This document shows positions 19,388 to 29,393 of a stretch of 64,000 bases of DNA, piece after piece (position 1 is the first letter of the stretch; each line of letters begins with the position of its first letter). A model generated the notes under the pieces. It did not search any database. It was not told the origin of the DNA and saw only the letters and a program-made list of their open reading frames with translations. Source of the stretch: Polyangiaceae bacterium (GTDB lineage: Bacteria; Myxococcota_A; Polyangia; Polyangiales; Polyangiaceae); the NCBI GenBank assembly GCA_044222475.1, contig JBGANF010000015.1:1-64000 (forward strand), in the 5' to 3' direction. The translations under genes were made by a program, and so were the position numbers.

Positions 19388-20151
19388 CCACCGCCGCGGC
19401 GATCCCGACGCGGTCGCGGTTCTTCGTCAGCGGGGAAGAGGAGCTCTGGTCGGCGCGAGTCGATGCGCTCGACGCGCGAGACCCCATCGTCGCGAGCTGC
19501 GCCGCGATCGAGGAGCGCGCGTGGCGACCGCGCGAGCCGTTCGAGCAGGCGTTTCGGCGCTCGGACCACCTGCTGTGGTCCTCCGTCGGTGACGAGCTGC
19601 GCGGCTTCGCTCTCGTGTCGTTCCACCCGTCGCGCTCGGGCGATCTCGGGATCTCGATCGACGAGGCCATGGTCGATCCAGCGCACGTCGGAGAGCACGT
19701 CGTGTCACGGATCTTCTGGAGCGCGGCCTGCGGAGCGACGGCGTTCGCCTCCGCCCGACGCCACCGGCGGCTCGTGTTCTACGCCCTCACGTCGAGCGCG
19801 CGCCTGATATCTGCATTCTACAAGTATCGGTTCCTCCTGCCCGACCACAGCTTCGCGCCGCGGCCCTGGCTCGAGCGGGCCGCCGCTTCGTACCTCGAGC
19901 GTCGAGGGCTCGCGTCGCTGGAAGGAGGGAAGTCCGTGTGGGCGCGGGCCGCGTTCCCGAACGGGCTCCTCCACGACGAGCCCGAGATCCCTCACGTCCC
20001 GCTGCCGCCGGGCTTCGACCCACGCGTGCGCGGCGACGCGCTGTTGATGGTCGGCGCGATCCCGGTGGTCATCGCACGGTCGATCGCGATCGCGCGGCAT
20101 GCGGTGTTGTTCCGGAACGTCCTCGGTCGCAGCATCGTCTTGCCGTGGTGA
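19384..20151 (+). CDS. hypothetical protein, possible GNAT-like fold
   Basis: ATGA-coupled to the kinase; ELRGFALVS...IDEAMVDPAHVGEHV resembles GNAT motif A. Confidence 0.6.
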   Translation: MTTAAAIPTRSRFFVSGEEELWSARVDALDARDPIVASCAAIEERAWRPREPFEQAFRRSDHLLWSSVGDELRGFALVSFHPSRSGDLGISIDEAMVDPAHVGEHVVSRIFWSAACGATAFASARRHRRLVFYALTSSARLISAFYKYRFLLPDHSFAPRPWLERAAASYLERRGLASLEGGKSVWARAAFPNGLLHDEPEIPHVPLPPGFDPRVRGDALLMVGAIPVVIARSIAIARHAVLFRNVLGRSIVLPW

Positions 20152-20768
20152 CGGTCCTCTTCGCCTTCGGCGTCGGCGCGGCGATGGGGGTCGCGATCGC
20201 GGCCCCGGTCGGGCCGGTCGCCGCGTTGTGCGTCGAGCGGACGTTCTCGCGCGGGCTCGGCGTCGCGCTGGTCACCGCGCTCGGCGCAGGTCTCGCCGAC
20301 GGCGCGTTCGGCGCCGTCGCTGCGTTCGGCGTCGGGTTCGTGACCGAGTGGGTCCGCGCGCACGAGGCCCACCTGCGGATCCTCGGCGCGCTCGTGCTCA
20401 CGGCGCTCGCCGTCAACGCATGGCGGAAGCGGAACGCGCTCGCGATTCGCGACGCGGACCGCGCGTCGGCCGGTGCGTTGGCCGGTGCGCTGACGAGCGG
20501 GTTCCTGCTGACCGCCAGCAGCCCGGTCACGATCGTGACGTTCGCGGTCGCGCTCGCGAGCTTCGGTGGAGACGCCGCACGTAGTCCGATGTGGGTGCCG
20601 GCGGGGGTCCTCGTCGGATCGGGGGGTTGGTACGCTGCGTTGTCCGTCGTCGCCCATCTGTTTCGTGAGCGGGTGAGGGCTCGCATGGATCGGGTCGGGG
20701 TCGCGAGCGCGATCTTTCTCGCTGGTTGCGCGCTGTTTTCAGCCATCCTCGCCGTCCGCGCGCTCTGA
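20148..20768 (+). CDS. LysE family translocator
   Basis: IAAPVGPVAALCVERT, GAGLADG, GFLLTASSPVTI; about 6 TM. Confidence 0.9.
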   Translation: MTVLFAFGVGAAMGVAIAAPVGPVAALCVERTFSRGLGVALVTALGAGLADGAFGAVAAFGVGFVTEWVRAHEAHLRILGALVLTALAVNAWRKRNALAIRDADRASAGALAGALTSGFLLTASSPVTIVTFAVALASFGGDAARSPMWVPAGVLVGSGGWYAALSVVAHLFRERVRARMDRVGVASAIFLAGCALFSAILAVRAL

Positions 20769-20812
20769 AAGATTCTTCGCCGGTTGTGTCGAGGTGGAGG
20801 TACTACCGAAAC

Positions 20813-23032
20813 GTGCGGGCTCTTCTTTCGTTGGGGCGGACCGAAGGGGCCACGCTCGTGGAGTCCTTGGTCCGTTCGGTGGTCGAGGTCGAGCGAACCC
20901 ACGAGTTTCGGGCGGCGCTCGCCGCCCACGCCACGCGGGCCGCCGAGCTCTTCGTCGTCGACTGGTCGACGGTCGAAGACGAAGCATCCGTGCCTGCCCT
21001 GCTGGGGCGGGGCGATCGGCCACACCTGGTCGTCATTGCCCAGGACGCCGAGCAGGCGTCCCGCGCGATCGCCGCTGGCGCAGACGACGTGCTCGTCGCG
21101 ACCGACCAAGGCTTCGAGGTCCGCCTACCGTTCACGATCGCTCGCGCCCGAAAAGCGCGCGCGACCCACGACGAAGTGTCGACCCTCTGCGCGGTCGCGT
21201 CGAAGCACGCCGTGTTGCGCTACCTCGAGATCGATCTTCGCTCCGACCGGCTGGTCCGCGTCGGCGAGGTCGAGCCCTCCTCGCGCCGGCTCGCGAGCTC
21301 GGCGATCGAGGGGAGGCTCGCCAGCGAGACCTTCGACGACGTTTCTCACGGAAACCTCATCCGCGGCGCAGCCGACGCGATCTCGCGCTTCCAGCAGAGC
21401 GGCGAGCTCTCGGCGGTGGTCGTCGACGTGCGCTTCCACCGCGACTTCGCGGCCCGCGGCACGCGCCGCCTGTTTCTCACGTTGGCCATCGACGACCACG
21501 GCCACCCCACGCGCCTCCGCGGGTTCAGCTGGGACACCACCGATCTCGTCGATGCCACCCGGGACTATCGCCAGCTCTTCGAGTCGGCCCACGACGCGAT
21601 CGTGATCTTCGAGCCCGATGGCGAGATCGTCCTCGATGCGAACCGACGGGCGTGCGAGCAGTACGGCATCCCGCGCGAGAAGTTCATCGGATCGTCCATG
21701 TGCGATCGGACGACCAACCTGGCGCGCGGAACCGAGATGGTCGCGAAGACGATGGCCTCGACCGGGTTCACGACCTTCGAGGTCGAGCAACTTCGGAGCG
21801 ACGGGTCGCGGATGTTCGTCGAGATCAACGCGTCGCGCATCGAGTACCAAGGACGCACCGCGATCTTGAGCATCAACCGCGACGTCAGCGCGCGGCGCAA
21901 CGCCGAGGCCGCGAACCGACGCCACGAGCAGGCCCTCCAAGAGACCGCGAAGATGGAGGCCCTCGGTCGCCTCGCCGGCGGGATCGCGCACGACTTCAAC
22001 AACCTGCTGATGGTCATCGCGACGTGCAGCGACGTCCTGCGCGAGACGCTGGGGCCGACGCACCCGGCAAGGGTCGAGATCGACGACATCGTCGATGCCT
22101 CCGAGCGCGCCAAGAGCCTGATCGCCCGGCTCCTCGCGTTCGGGCGCCGAACGACTCGCTCTGCACACGCCGTGGACCTCGGCGAGGTGGTCGCCCAGCT
22201 CCAGGGGCTGCTTCGCCGCGTCGTGGGCGAAGACGTCCAGCTCGAGGCGGACTTCGCCGACGAGCTGCCGTCCGTCCTCGCCGACCCGGGGCAGCTGGAA
22301 CAGCTCATCGTCAACCTCGTCGTCAACGCGCGCGACGCGATCGACGGGCGGGGCACGATCTCGATTCGCACCGAGGCATCGAGCGATGCCGTGACCCTCG
22401 TCGTGAGCGACACCGGCTGCGGCATGGACGAGGCCACGCGTGCGCGCATCTTCGAGCCGTTCTTCACCACCAAGGAGCCCGGGAAAGGGACCGGTCTCGG
22501 TCTGTCCACCGTCTACGCGATCGTCCGAGACTCGAACGCCAGCGTCTCGGTGGAGAGCGCTCCAGGCAAAGGCTCGACGTTTCGGATCGCGTTTCCGATC
22601 CACCACGAAGAGTCGGAGAGCGTGCGCCGTTCGCGGGTCGATCGGCAATCTCAGCCCGGCACCGAGCTCATCCTCCTCGTCGAAGACGAGCGCGCCGTTC
22701 GTCGCCTCCTCGCGCGCGAGCTCTCGAGGTTCGGCTACCGCGTCATCGAGGCCGAGAACGGCGAGGTGGCTCTGGAGATCGCGCAGCGCGAGCCCGTCGA
22801 CGTGCTGGTGACCGACGTGGTGATGCCGAAGATGAGCGGCGACGAGCTCGCGGTGGCGCTCAAAGCTCGCTGGCCCGACCTCAAGATCGTGTTCATGTCC
22901 GGCCACACCGATCGCGGGAAAGTGCGCGACGTCGCCGAGCGCGGGCTCGGGCCGCTGCTCCGCAAGCCGTTCCACCCGAGCGAGCTGATCGACGCGGTGC
23001 GCCTGGGGCTGGCTGCCGCGCGCCCAGCTTAG
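20813..23032 (+). CDS. hybrid sensor histidine kinase (degenerate REC - PAS - HisKA - HATPase - REC)
   Basis: [41 protein letters not shown]-terminal LLVEDE...TDVVMP...KPF. Confidence 0.93.
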   Translation: MRALLSLGRTEGATLVESLVRSVVEVERTHEFRAALAAHATRAAELFVVDWSTVEDEASVPALLGRGDRPHLVVIAQDAEQASRAIAAGADDVLVATDQGFEVRLPFTIARARKARATHDEVSTLCAVASKHAVLRYLEIDLRSDRLVRVGEVEPSSRRLASSAIEGRLASETFDDVSHGNLIRGAADAISRFQQSGELSAVVVDVRFHRDFAARGTRRLFLTLAIDDHGHPTRLRGFSWDTTDLVDATRDYRQLFESAHDAIVIFEPDGEIVLDANRRACEQYGIPREKFIGSSMCDRTTNLARGTEMVAKTMASTGFTTFEVEQLRSDGSRMFVEINASRIEYQGRTAILSINRDVSARRNAEAANRRHEQALQETAKMEALGRLAGGIAHDFNNLLMVIATCSDVLRETLGPTHPARVEIDDIVDASERAKSLIARLLAFGRRTTRSAHAVDLGEVVAQLQGLLRRVVGEDVQLEADFADELPSVLADPGQLEQLIVNLVVNARDAIDGRGTISIRTEASSDAVTLVVSDTGCGMDEATRARIFEPFFTTKEPGKGTGLGLSTVYAIVRDSNASVSVESAPGKGSTFRIAFPIHHEESESVRRSRVDRQSQPGTELILLVEDERAVRRLLARELSRFGYRVIEAENGEVALEIAQREPVDVLVTDVVMPKMSGDELAVALKARWPDLKIVFMSGHTDRGKVRDVAERGLGPLLRKPFHPSELIDAVRLGLAAARPA

Positions 23033-23343
23033 TGCGACGCAGCCTGCGGGCCCGCGAGGCCGGTGAGCAGAGCCTCGAACCGCGAGATCCCGATCCCGCG
23101 GATGAGGATCGGCGAGCGCCCCCGCAGGCGGAGCCGCTGCCGCGCGAAGCGAACGGCACCGTGGCTGTTCACGTCGGTGACGATGATCACGAGGTCGGCC
23201 TTGTCGATCGCCTGCGCGATCCCCAGCGTTCCCCGGCCGCCGATGTGGCCAGGGTGAAAGTCCACCTCGTGCCCGTGCTCACGGGCGACGCGCTCGTAAT
23301 GGGGCTCCGCTCGCTCGACTCCACCGATGATGGCAATGCGCAT
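23029..23343 (-). CDS. DUF2325 family protein
   Basis: IAIIGG...IDKADLVIIVTDVNSHGA pattern. Confidence 0.75.
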   Translation of the reverse strand: MRIAIIGGVERAEPHYERVAREHGHEVDFHPGHIGGRGTLGIAQAIDKADLVIIVTDVNSHGAVRFARQRLRLRGRSPILIRGIGISRFEALLTGLAGPQAASH

Positions 23344-23377
23344 GTGGTTGTCTCCGGTCCGGGAACGTGTTTACAAT

Positions 23378-23420
23378 TACGAACGCGTGTCTAGTATAAC
23401 GAACAGTTCCACACCGTCAA
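23378..23420 (-). promoter_or_regulatory. sigma70-type promoter of the DUF2325 gene with an adjacent LexA-box-like site
   Basis: Minus strand: TTGACG (23420-23415), 16 nt, TATACT (23398-23393); CTAGACACGCGTTCG at 23394-23380. Confidence 0.5.
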
Positions 23421-23428
23421 GGTGACCC

Positions 23429-24517
23429 GTGCACACCCGACACCTCCAACACTTCGACGACGCCCAGCCCAAGCTCCACGCTCGAGCCGCAGCGGTGCGA
23501 GACGAGCTCGCGCGGGTCCTCGCGGAAGAGACGAACCTGAAGGTGCACTCCGTCACCGCGCGGGCGAAGGCCCGGTCGAGCTTGGCTCAGAAGCTCGCGC
23601 GGCCCGATCGAAGCTACGACGCGCTGTGGGACGTCACGGACCTCGTCGGGCTCCGGGTGGTGACCTACTTCGAGGACGACGTCGACCGGGTCGGCGACGT
23701 CATCGAGCGCCGCTTCGACGTCGCCTTCGAGCACTCCGTCGACAAGCGCAAGGCGCGCGACCCCAGCACGTTCGGGTACCGCTCGCTCCACTACGTGTGC
23801 CGCTTCCGAGGTGGCGACCTCCCCGCCGAGGCGTGCTTCGAGATCCAGGTGCGCACCGTGCTCGAGCACGCATGGGCCGAGATCGAGCACGACCTCGGCT
23901 ACAAGTCACCGGCGGTCGTGCCGCTTCCCGTGCGGCGGCGACTCCACCGGATCGCGAGCCTGCTCGAGCTCGCCGACGAGGAGTTCGTCGCGGCGAGGCG
24001 TTCGCTCGAGGACTACGCGCGCGCCCTGCCCCGGCGGATCGACGAAGAGGCCGACGCGGTGCCGTTCGATCGTCTTTCGCTCGCGACGTTCGTGAACAGC
24101 CCGGCCGTCGGCGAGATCGACCAGACGATCGCCGAACGGCTCGGCTGCACGATCGGGGACGAGCTGTTCTTTCCGGACTACCTCCTCGCGATGCTGGCCG
24201 AGGCGAAGCTCGCGACCGTGGGCGACGCGCGGCGAGCGCTCGCCGAACGAGCGTCGGTGGTTACCAACTTGGTACGGCCATACTTCGCGTTCGCCGAGCG
24301 AGCGTGGAGGCTCTCCCCTCAAGCGAGCGGGCGTCTGCCGCGCGGATACGCGCTCTTCTTCCTCGTGCACGCGATCGTCCTCGAAGGTGCATCGCTCCGC
24401 ATCGACAAGGTCCAGCGTCTCACCGCGCTGTACCGGGCGCTCGACTACCCCCACGACGAGCGCGCCGCCCAGCGCGTCGCGAGTCAGCTCGTCGATGCGT
24501 TCGCCGAAACAGGCTAA
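23429..24517 (+). CDS. RelA/SpoT-domain small alarmone synthetase-like protein (GTP pyrophosphokinase family)
   Basis: RAKARSSLAQK, DLVGLRVV, FEDDV, GYRSLHY, EIQVRTVLEHAWAEIEHDLGYK. Confidence 0.9.
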   Translation: MHTRHLQHFDDAQPKLHARAAAVRDELARVLAEETNLKVHSVTARAKARSSLAQKLARPDRSYDALWDVTDLVGLRVVTYFEDDVDRVGDVIERRFDVAFEHSVDKRKARDPSTFGYRSLHYVCRFRGGDLPAEACFEIQVRTVLEHAWAEIEHDLGYKSPAVVPLPVRRRLHRIASLLELADEEFVAARRSLEDYARALPRRIDEEADAVPFDRLSLATFVNSPAVGEIDQTIAERLGCTIGDELFFPDYLLAMLAEAKLATVGDARRALAERASVVTNLVRPYFAFAERAWRLSPQASGRLPRGYALFFLVHAIVLEGASLRIDKVQRLTALYRALDYPHDERAAQRVASQLVDAFAETG

Positions 24518-24532
24518 TACTCTCGAGACGTC

Positions 24533-25867
24533 ATGAACCATCAGACCCGCGTCTACGAATCGATCCTCGAGCTCGCCGCCAACGTCGAGAACCCGACGCC
24601 GCTCGTGCGGCTCAAGCGAGTGGTCCCTTTCAAGCACGCCGTGGTGTACGGGAAGCTCGAGTGGTTCAACCCGTTCGGCGCAGTGAAGGACCGCGTGGCC
24701 GCGAACCTCGTGCGGGATGCCGAGGAGCACGGTCGCCTCGCGCCCCCCACGCGGCTCGTCGAGCCGACCTCCGGCAACACCGGGATGGCGCTCGCGATGA
24801 TCTCGAACGCCAAGGGGTACGACTTCATGGCGACGATGTCGAACAAGGTGCCCCTCGAAAAGCGATCGGCCCTGCGCATGTTCGGTACCGACCTCATCGA
24901 GCTCGAGGACGAGCTCTGCCCAGCGCCCGGCGCGCCGGAGGGCGCGATCGCCAAGGCGGCCGAGCTCGGCGCCGAGCCGGGGAGCTTCCACCTCAACCAG
25001 TACAAGAACCCGGCGAACCCCGAGGCGCACTACCGCACTACCGGCCCGGAGATCTGGCGCCAGACCGACGGCAAGGTGACGCACTTCTTCGCCGGCCTCG
25101 GCACCTGCGGGACGATCACCGGCACCGGGCGTTTCCTCAAGGAGAAGCGCAAGGACGTGAAGGTGATCGGCGTCCACCCGGCCATCGGTCACGACATCCC
25201 CGGCGTGCGGAGCCTGAAGCAGCTCGAGCAGACGGCGCTCTTCGTACCCAAAGAGTACGACGGCCTGATCGAGATCAACAACGAGGTCGCCTACGAGATG
25301 TGCCGGCGGCTGAACCAGGAGGAGAGCATCATCGCCGGGCCCAGCTCGGGGATGGCGCTCGCCGGCGCGCTGCAGCGAATCCCCGACGAGCCCGGCGTCG
25401 TCGCGGTCGTCATCTTCCCTGACGACGTGTTCAAGTACGTGTCGTCGCTGCGGAAGCACCTGCCTCAGCTCTTCCCGAAGTCGACCGAAACGAAGACTCT
25501 AGGGGGCCCGCTCGCGGGGATCGTCGACATCGCGCGCACCTCGCCCGACGTCATCGACCCGACCGAGGCGAAGGCCATCCTCGATGCGAATCCTTCCGTG
25601 ACCCTCGTCGACGTGCGCCGCCTCGACGAGTACGACCGAGGCCACGTCGATGGGTCGTTCAACGTTCCTCTCGCCGACATTGCGAGCGGTGCGCCGTCCG
25701 TCCTCCCCGACGACAAGAACACACCGATCCTTGCGTTGTGCAAGGTCGGGGAGCGCTCGGTGACGGCGATGCTTCTCCTCAAGGCGAAAGGGTACCGCGA
25801 CGTGAAGAGCATCCGCGGCGGGCTCGATGCCTGGGTCGCGGCCGGGCTCCCCGCACCGGTCACCTGA
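24533..25867 (+). CDS. PLP-dependent cysteine synthase family protein fused to a rhodanese domain
   Basis: NPFGAVKDR, EPTSGNTG, GLGTCGT, GPSSG; C-terminal LVDVRR..EY..GHVDGS, LCKVGERS, GGLDAW. Confidence 0.9.
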   Translation: MNHQTRVYESILELAANVENPTPLVRLKRVVPFKHAVVYGKLEWFNPFGAVKDRVAANLVRDAEEHGRLAPPTRLVEPTSGNTGMALAMISNAKGYDFMATMSNKVPLEKRSALRMFGTDLIELEDELCPAPGAPEGAIAKAAELGAEPGSFHLNQYKNPANPEAHYRTTGPEIWRQTDGKVTHFFAGLGTCGTITGTGRFLKEKRKDVKVIGVHPAIGHDIPGVRSLKQLEQTALFVPKEYDGLIEINNEVAYEMCRRLNQEESIIAGPSSGMALAGALQRIPDEPGVVAVVIFPDDVFKYVSSLRKHLPQLFPKSTETKTLGGPLAGIVDIARTSPDVIDPTEAKAILDANPSVTLVDVRRLDEYDRGHVDGSFNVPLADIASGAPSVLPDDKNTPILALCKVGERSVTAMLLLKAKGYRDVKSIRGGLDAWVAAGLPAPVT

Positions 25868-25941
25868 TCGTTTTTCTTTCGCCCGACCGATGAGTTTCGG
25901 TCGGAGGGTCCGTCCATACCCGCGAAAGGTAGGAAACGGCC

Positions 25942-26772
25942 ATGAAGGGAAAGGTCTGCATCGTCACGGGCGCAGCGAGCGGGATCGGGCAACAGATGGC
26001 GATCGAGCTCGCCAAGAAGGGGGCCACCGTCGTGGTCGGCGCGAGGAACGCGGAGCGCGTGGATGCCGCGGTGCGAGAGGTGCGCGCTGCCTCGGGCGCG
26101 GGGGACACCGTCCAAGGCATCGTGTGCGATCTGGCCTCGCTCGCCTCGATCCGCAGCGCTGCCGACGAGCTTCGGGCCCGGTTTCCGAAGATTCACCTCC
26201 TGGTGAACAACGCGGCCGTGTTCAACGGCACGCGTCGGGTCTCGGCAGACGGCTTCGAGCTCGGGTTCGCGGTGAACAACCTCGGGCCGTTCACGCTGAC
26301 GAACCTCCTGCTCGGTGCGCTCGAAGCCGGCGCGCCGTCGCGCGTCGTCATGATGACGATGCCGACGAGCCACCCCGTCGACTTCGACGATCTCCAATCC
26401 GAGAAGAAGTACAGCGCGCTGAAGACGCTTCAGATGACGAAGGGCTGCGAGCAGTACATCACCAAGGAGCTCGTGAAGCGCCTCGCCGGCAAGGGCATCT
26501 CGGTCGTGTGCGTGAGCCCGGGCCTCACCCAGTCGAAGCTTCCGTCGGAGGCGCCGTTGCCGCTCCGTCTCGTCTTCAAGCTGTTCGGAAAGACGCCGGA
26601 GAAGGGCGCGCGCGTACCGCTCTCGGCGTGCCTCGACGAGAAGTGGGAGAGCGGCCAGTTCGTGGACGACAAGGGGCGACCGGCGAAGTACCCGGCGTTC
26701 ATCGACGACGCGAGCGCGGCGCGGCTGTGGGACGTGAACGAGAAGCTCGCGGCGCGTGCGCTGCGAGCGTGA
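25942..26772 (+). CDS. short-chain dehydrogenase/reductase (retinol-DH-like)
   Basis: VTGAASGIG, CDLASL, LVNNAAV, ARLWDVNE. Confidence 0.9.
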   Translation: MKGKVCIVTGAASGIGQQMAIELAKKGATVVVGARNAERVDAAVREVRAASGAGDTVQGIVCDLASLASIRSAADELRARFPKIHLLVNNAAVFNGTRRVSADGFELGFAVNNLGPFTLTNLLLGALEAGAPSRVVMMTMPTSHPVDFDDLQSEKKYSALKTLQMTKGCEQYITKELVKRLAGKGISVVCVSPGLTQSKLPSEAPLPLRLVFKLFGKTPEKGARVPLSACLDEKWESGQFVDDKGRPAKYPAFIDDASAARLWDVNEKLAARALRA

Positions 26773-26775
26773 CGT

Positions 26776-29244
26776 TCAGCGCCGCTTCTTCGACTTGTTC
26801 GTGAACTTCTGGGTCTTTTTCTGGACCGCGCGCGCGGGGTTCTTTCCGCGCGAGGGCTTGCCGTGCCGCTCGCCCTTGCCGTGCGGCTTGCCGCGCTCGT
26901 GCTTGGCGGGGCCGCGATCACGATCGCGGTCGCGCCCGCGCGCGTTTCGGCCGCGGTTCGGTTGGCGGTTGGGGACGAACGTCTCGCCCTCGCGCGCCGC
27001 GCGCTTCGCGTACACCGTGCGTCGCAGCATGGCGACGTCGACGATCTCGACGACGATCGACTGCCCGAGCGAGATCGTGTCTCCCGATCGCGCGCCGACG
27101 ACGCGGAGGCCGGAGTCGTCCAGCTCGTAGCGATCCGGGCCGAGATCCTCGAAGCGGACGAGCACGTCGACGAACGGCGACTCGAGGGCGACGAAGATCC
27201 CGGAGCCGACCATCGCGGTCACCTTGCCCTCGAAGATCATGCCGACCTTGTCGCGCATCAGCGCGCAGCGGTAGATGTCGGCGACGGCGCGCTCGACCTC
27301 CATCGCCTTGCGCTCGTTCGTGGAGGCGAGGACGGCCGAGGCTTGCAGCTCCTCGACGGCCTGGTTGCTCCGGTCGACCTTCTGGTGTTGCACGAGCGCG
27401 TGCACCGACCGGTGCACGACGAGGTCCGGGTAGCGCCGAATGGGCGACGTGAAGTGGAGGTACGCCTTCGACGCGAGGCCGAAGTGGCCGACGTTCGCGG
27501 TGTCGTACGTGGCCTGCTTCATGCTGCGGAGGAGCAGCATGTTGAGCACGCTTTCGCTCTCGTGCCCCTTGAAGCTCTTGAGGATCTCGGCGAGGGCGGT
27601 GGGATCTTGCGTGGCCTCCGCGTCGGCTTGGATGCCGAGCTCGGCGCACATGTCGAGGAACCGCACGATCTTCTCTTGGTCGGGCGGCGAGTGGATTCGG
27701 TAGATCGTCGGCACGTTCTGCTCGGAGAGCCAGCGCGCCACGACCTCGTTCGCGAGGAGCATCAGCTCTTCGATGAGCTGGTACGCCTTGGTCACTCCGG
27801 GGTCCTGCGTCCGCTTGAGGACGTCGACCGGGTGCCCCTTCTCGTGAAGGATGATCTTCGCCTCGGGCAGCTCGAAATCGAGCGCGCCGCGCTTCATGCG
27901 CTTGCCGCGGAGCAGGCGCGAGAGCTCGTTGGCGATCCGCAGCCCCTCGACCATGGCGTCGGCCTTGGGATCGCGCGGCGGTTGCTCGGAGAAGCCGAGC
28001 GCGCGGGCGACGCCGCCGTAGGTGAGCTTCGCGGCGCTCTTCATGTAGCCGCGGACGAGCTTGGTCTTCCGGACGTTGCCGCCCGAGTCGACGTCGACGA
28101 TGGCGCACAAGCAGAGGCGGATCACGTCGGGGAGGAGCGAGCACAGGTTCGACGAGAGCGCGCGCGGGAGCATCGGGATCGCGCGGTTGGGCAGGTACAC
28201 GCTGCAGCCGCGGGCGCGGGCTTCTTCGTCGAGCTTGGTGCCCGGCCGCACGTACGAGCTCACGTCGGCGATCGCGATGTACGCGCGATAGCCGCCGTCG
28301 GCCGTTCGCTCGACCCAGACGGCGTCGTCGTGATCGCGCGCGTCCTCGGGATCGATCGTGGGGAGCGGGATGTGCGTGAGATCGTCGCGACCTTCGAGCA
28401 TCGAGGCGGGGACCTCGAGGCCGTAGGCCTCGGCCTCGGCGACGGCGGCCTCGCCGTGGAGCTCTTCGATCTGCGCGGTGATGAGGATCTTCTGCGTCTC
28501 GACGCTGAGCTCGCCGGGAGTCCCGAGGACCGCATCGAGGCGACCCTCCGGGTTCTCGTCCGGAGACGTGGGGAAGCGCGTGATCGTGACGACCGCGGCG
28601 TCACCGTCTTTTCCGCTGTTGCCTTCGGGGCCGCGGATGTCGACGTCGGCGGTGAGGACGATCGGTCCGCGGATGCGCGTGTCGTCCGGTTCGAGCCAGG
28701 CGCTCTTGCCGCGTCGACGAAGGACGCCGGCGACGCGCTTGGTCGAGCGAGCGATGATCTCCGTGATCGCGCCCTCGGCGCCGCGGTTCGAGCGGCCGAC
28801 GATCGCGACGCGCACCTTGTCGCCCTGCATCGCGCTTCCGAGCGCTTCCTTCGGGACGTACACGTCGTCCTTGGCGCCGGTCGCGACGAAGCCGAAGCCG
28901 CGCGCGTTGACGGTGAGGAAGCCTTCGAGCTCGTCTCGAGCGGGGGCGCGGTTCGGGGTGCGGCTCGAGTCGCGGCCGCCCGACTTCGCCGACTTCGGCG
29001 GGGCCTCGCGCTCGGGGGTACCGCGGGGTAAACCCTTGGCGCCGCGGCGTGCGAGCTTGTAGCGGTCACCCGGGATCGCGATGACGAGGCCTTCGCGGCT
29101 CATGTCGTCCAGGATGCGGACGAGGGCGCGGTAGCTCTTTTCGTCGAGGTCGAGCTCGCGAGCGATGTCCCGCGCGTGGCGGGGCTCGGTGTGGCGAGCG
29201 AGGAGGTCGGTGAGTTGATTCTTTTTGGGGAGGCCTGAGGCCAT
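26776..29244 (-). CDS. rnr: ribonuclease R (RNB/VacB family)
   Basis: TIDPEDARDHDDA, IEELMLLAN, HFGLA...YLHFTSPIRRYPDL, S1 domain, basic tail. Confidence 0.95.
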   Translation of the reverse strand: MASGLPKKNQLTDLLARHTEPRHARDIARELDLDEKSYRALVRILDDMSREGLVIAIPGDRYKLARRGAKGLPRGTPEREAPPKSAKSGGRDSSRTPNRAPARDELEGFLTVNARGFGFVATGAKDDVYVPKEALGSAMQGDKVRVAIVGRSNRGAEGAITEIIARSTKRVAGVLRRRGKSAWLEPDDTRIRGPIVLTADVDIRGPEGNSGKDGDAAVVTITRFPTSPDENPEGRLDAVLGTPGELSVETQKILITAQIEELHGEAAVAEAEAYGLEVPASMLEGRDDLTHIPLPTIDPEDARDHDDAVWVERTADGGYRAYIAIADVSSYVRPGTKLDEEARARGCSVYLPNRAIPMLPRALSSNLCSLLPDVIRLCLCAIVDVDSGGNVRKTKLVRGYMKSAAKLTYGGVARALGFSEQPPRDPKADAMVEGLRIANELSRLLRGKRMKRGALDFELPEAKIILHEKGHPVDVLKRTQDPGVTKAYQLIEELMLLANEVVARWLSEQNVPTIYRIHSPPDQEKIVRFLDMCAELGIQADAEATQDPTALAEILKSFKGHESESVLNMLLLRSMKQATYDTANVGHFGLASKAYLHFTSPIRRYPDLVVHRSVHALVQHQKVDRSNQAVEELQASAVLASTNERKAMEVERAVADIYRCALMRDKVGMIFEGKVTAMVGSGIFVALESPFVDVLVRFEDLGPDRYELDDSGLRVVGARSGDTISLGQSIVVEIVDVAMLRRTVYAKRAAREGETFVPNRQPNRGRNARGRDRDRDRGPAKHERGKPHGKGERHGKPSRGKNPARAVQKKTQKFTNKSKKRR

Positions 29245-29393
29245 GGACCGCGGTCCTAGCGGACTATGCCGCCGGCCGGGAAGACAATCGTGAGTCAAAT
29301 GGTATTTCCTGCGTCCACCGACGGTCTGGGTGCACGTTCCTGACGAACGACCGGGAACAAAACGTGCCACCTTTGCGCTATCTAACCCGGTAG

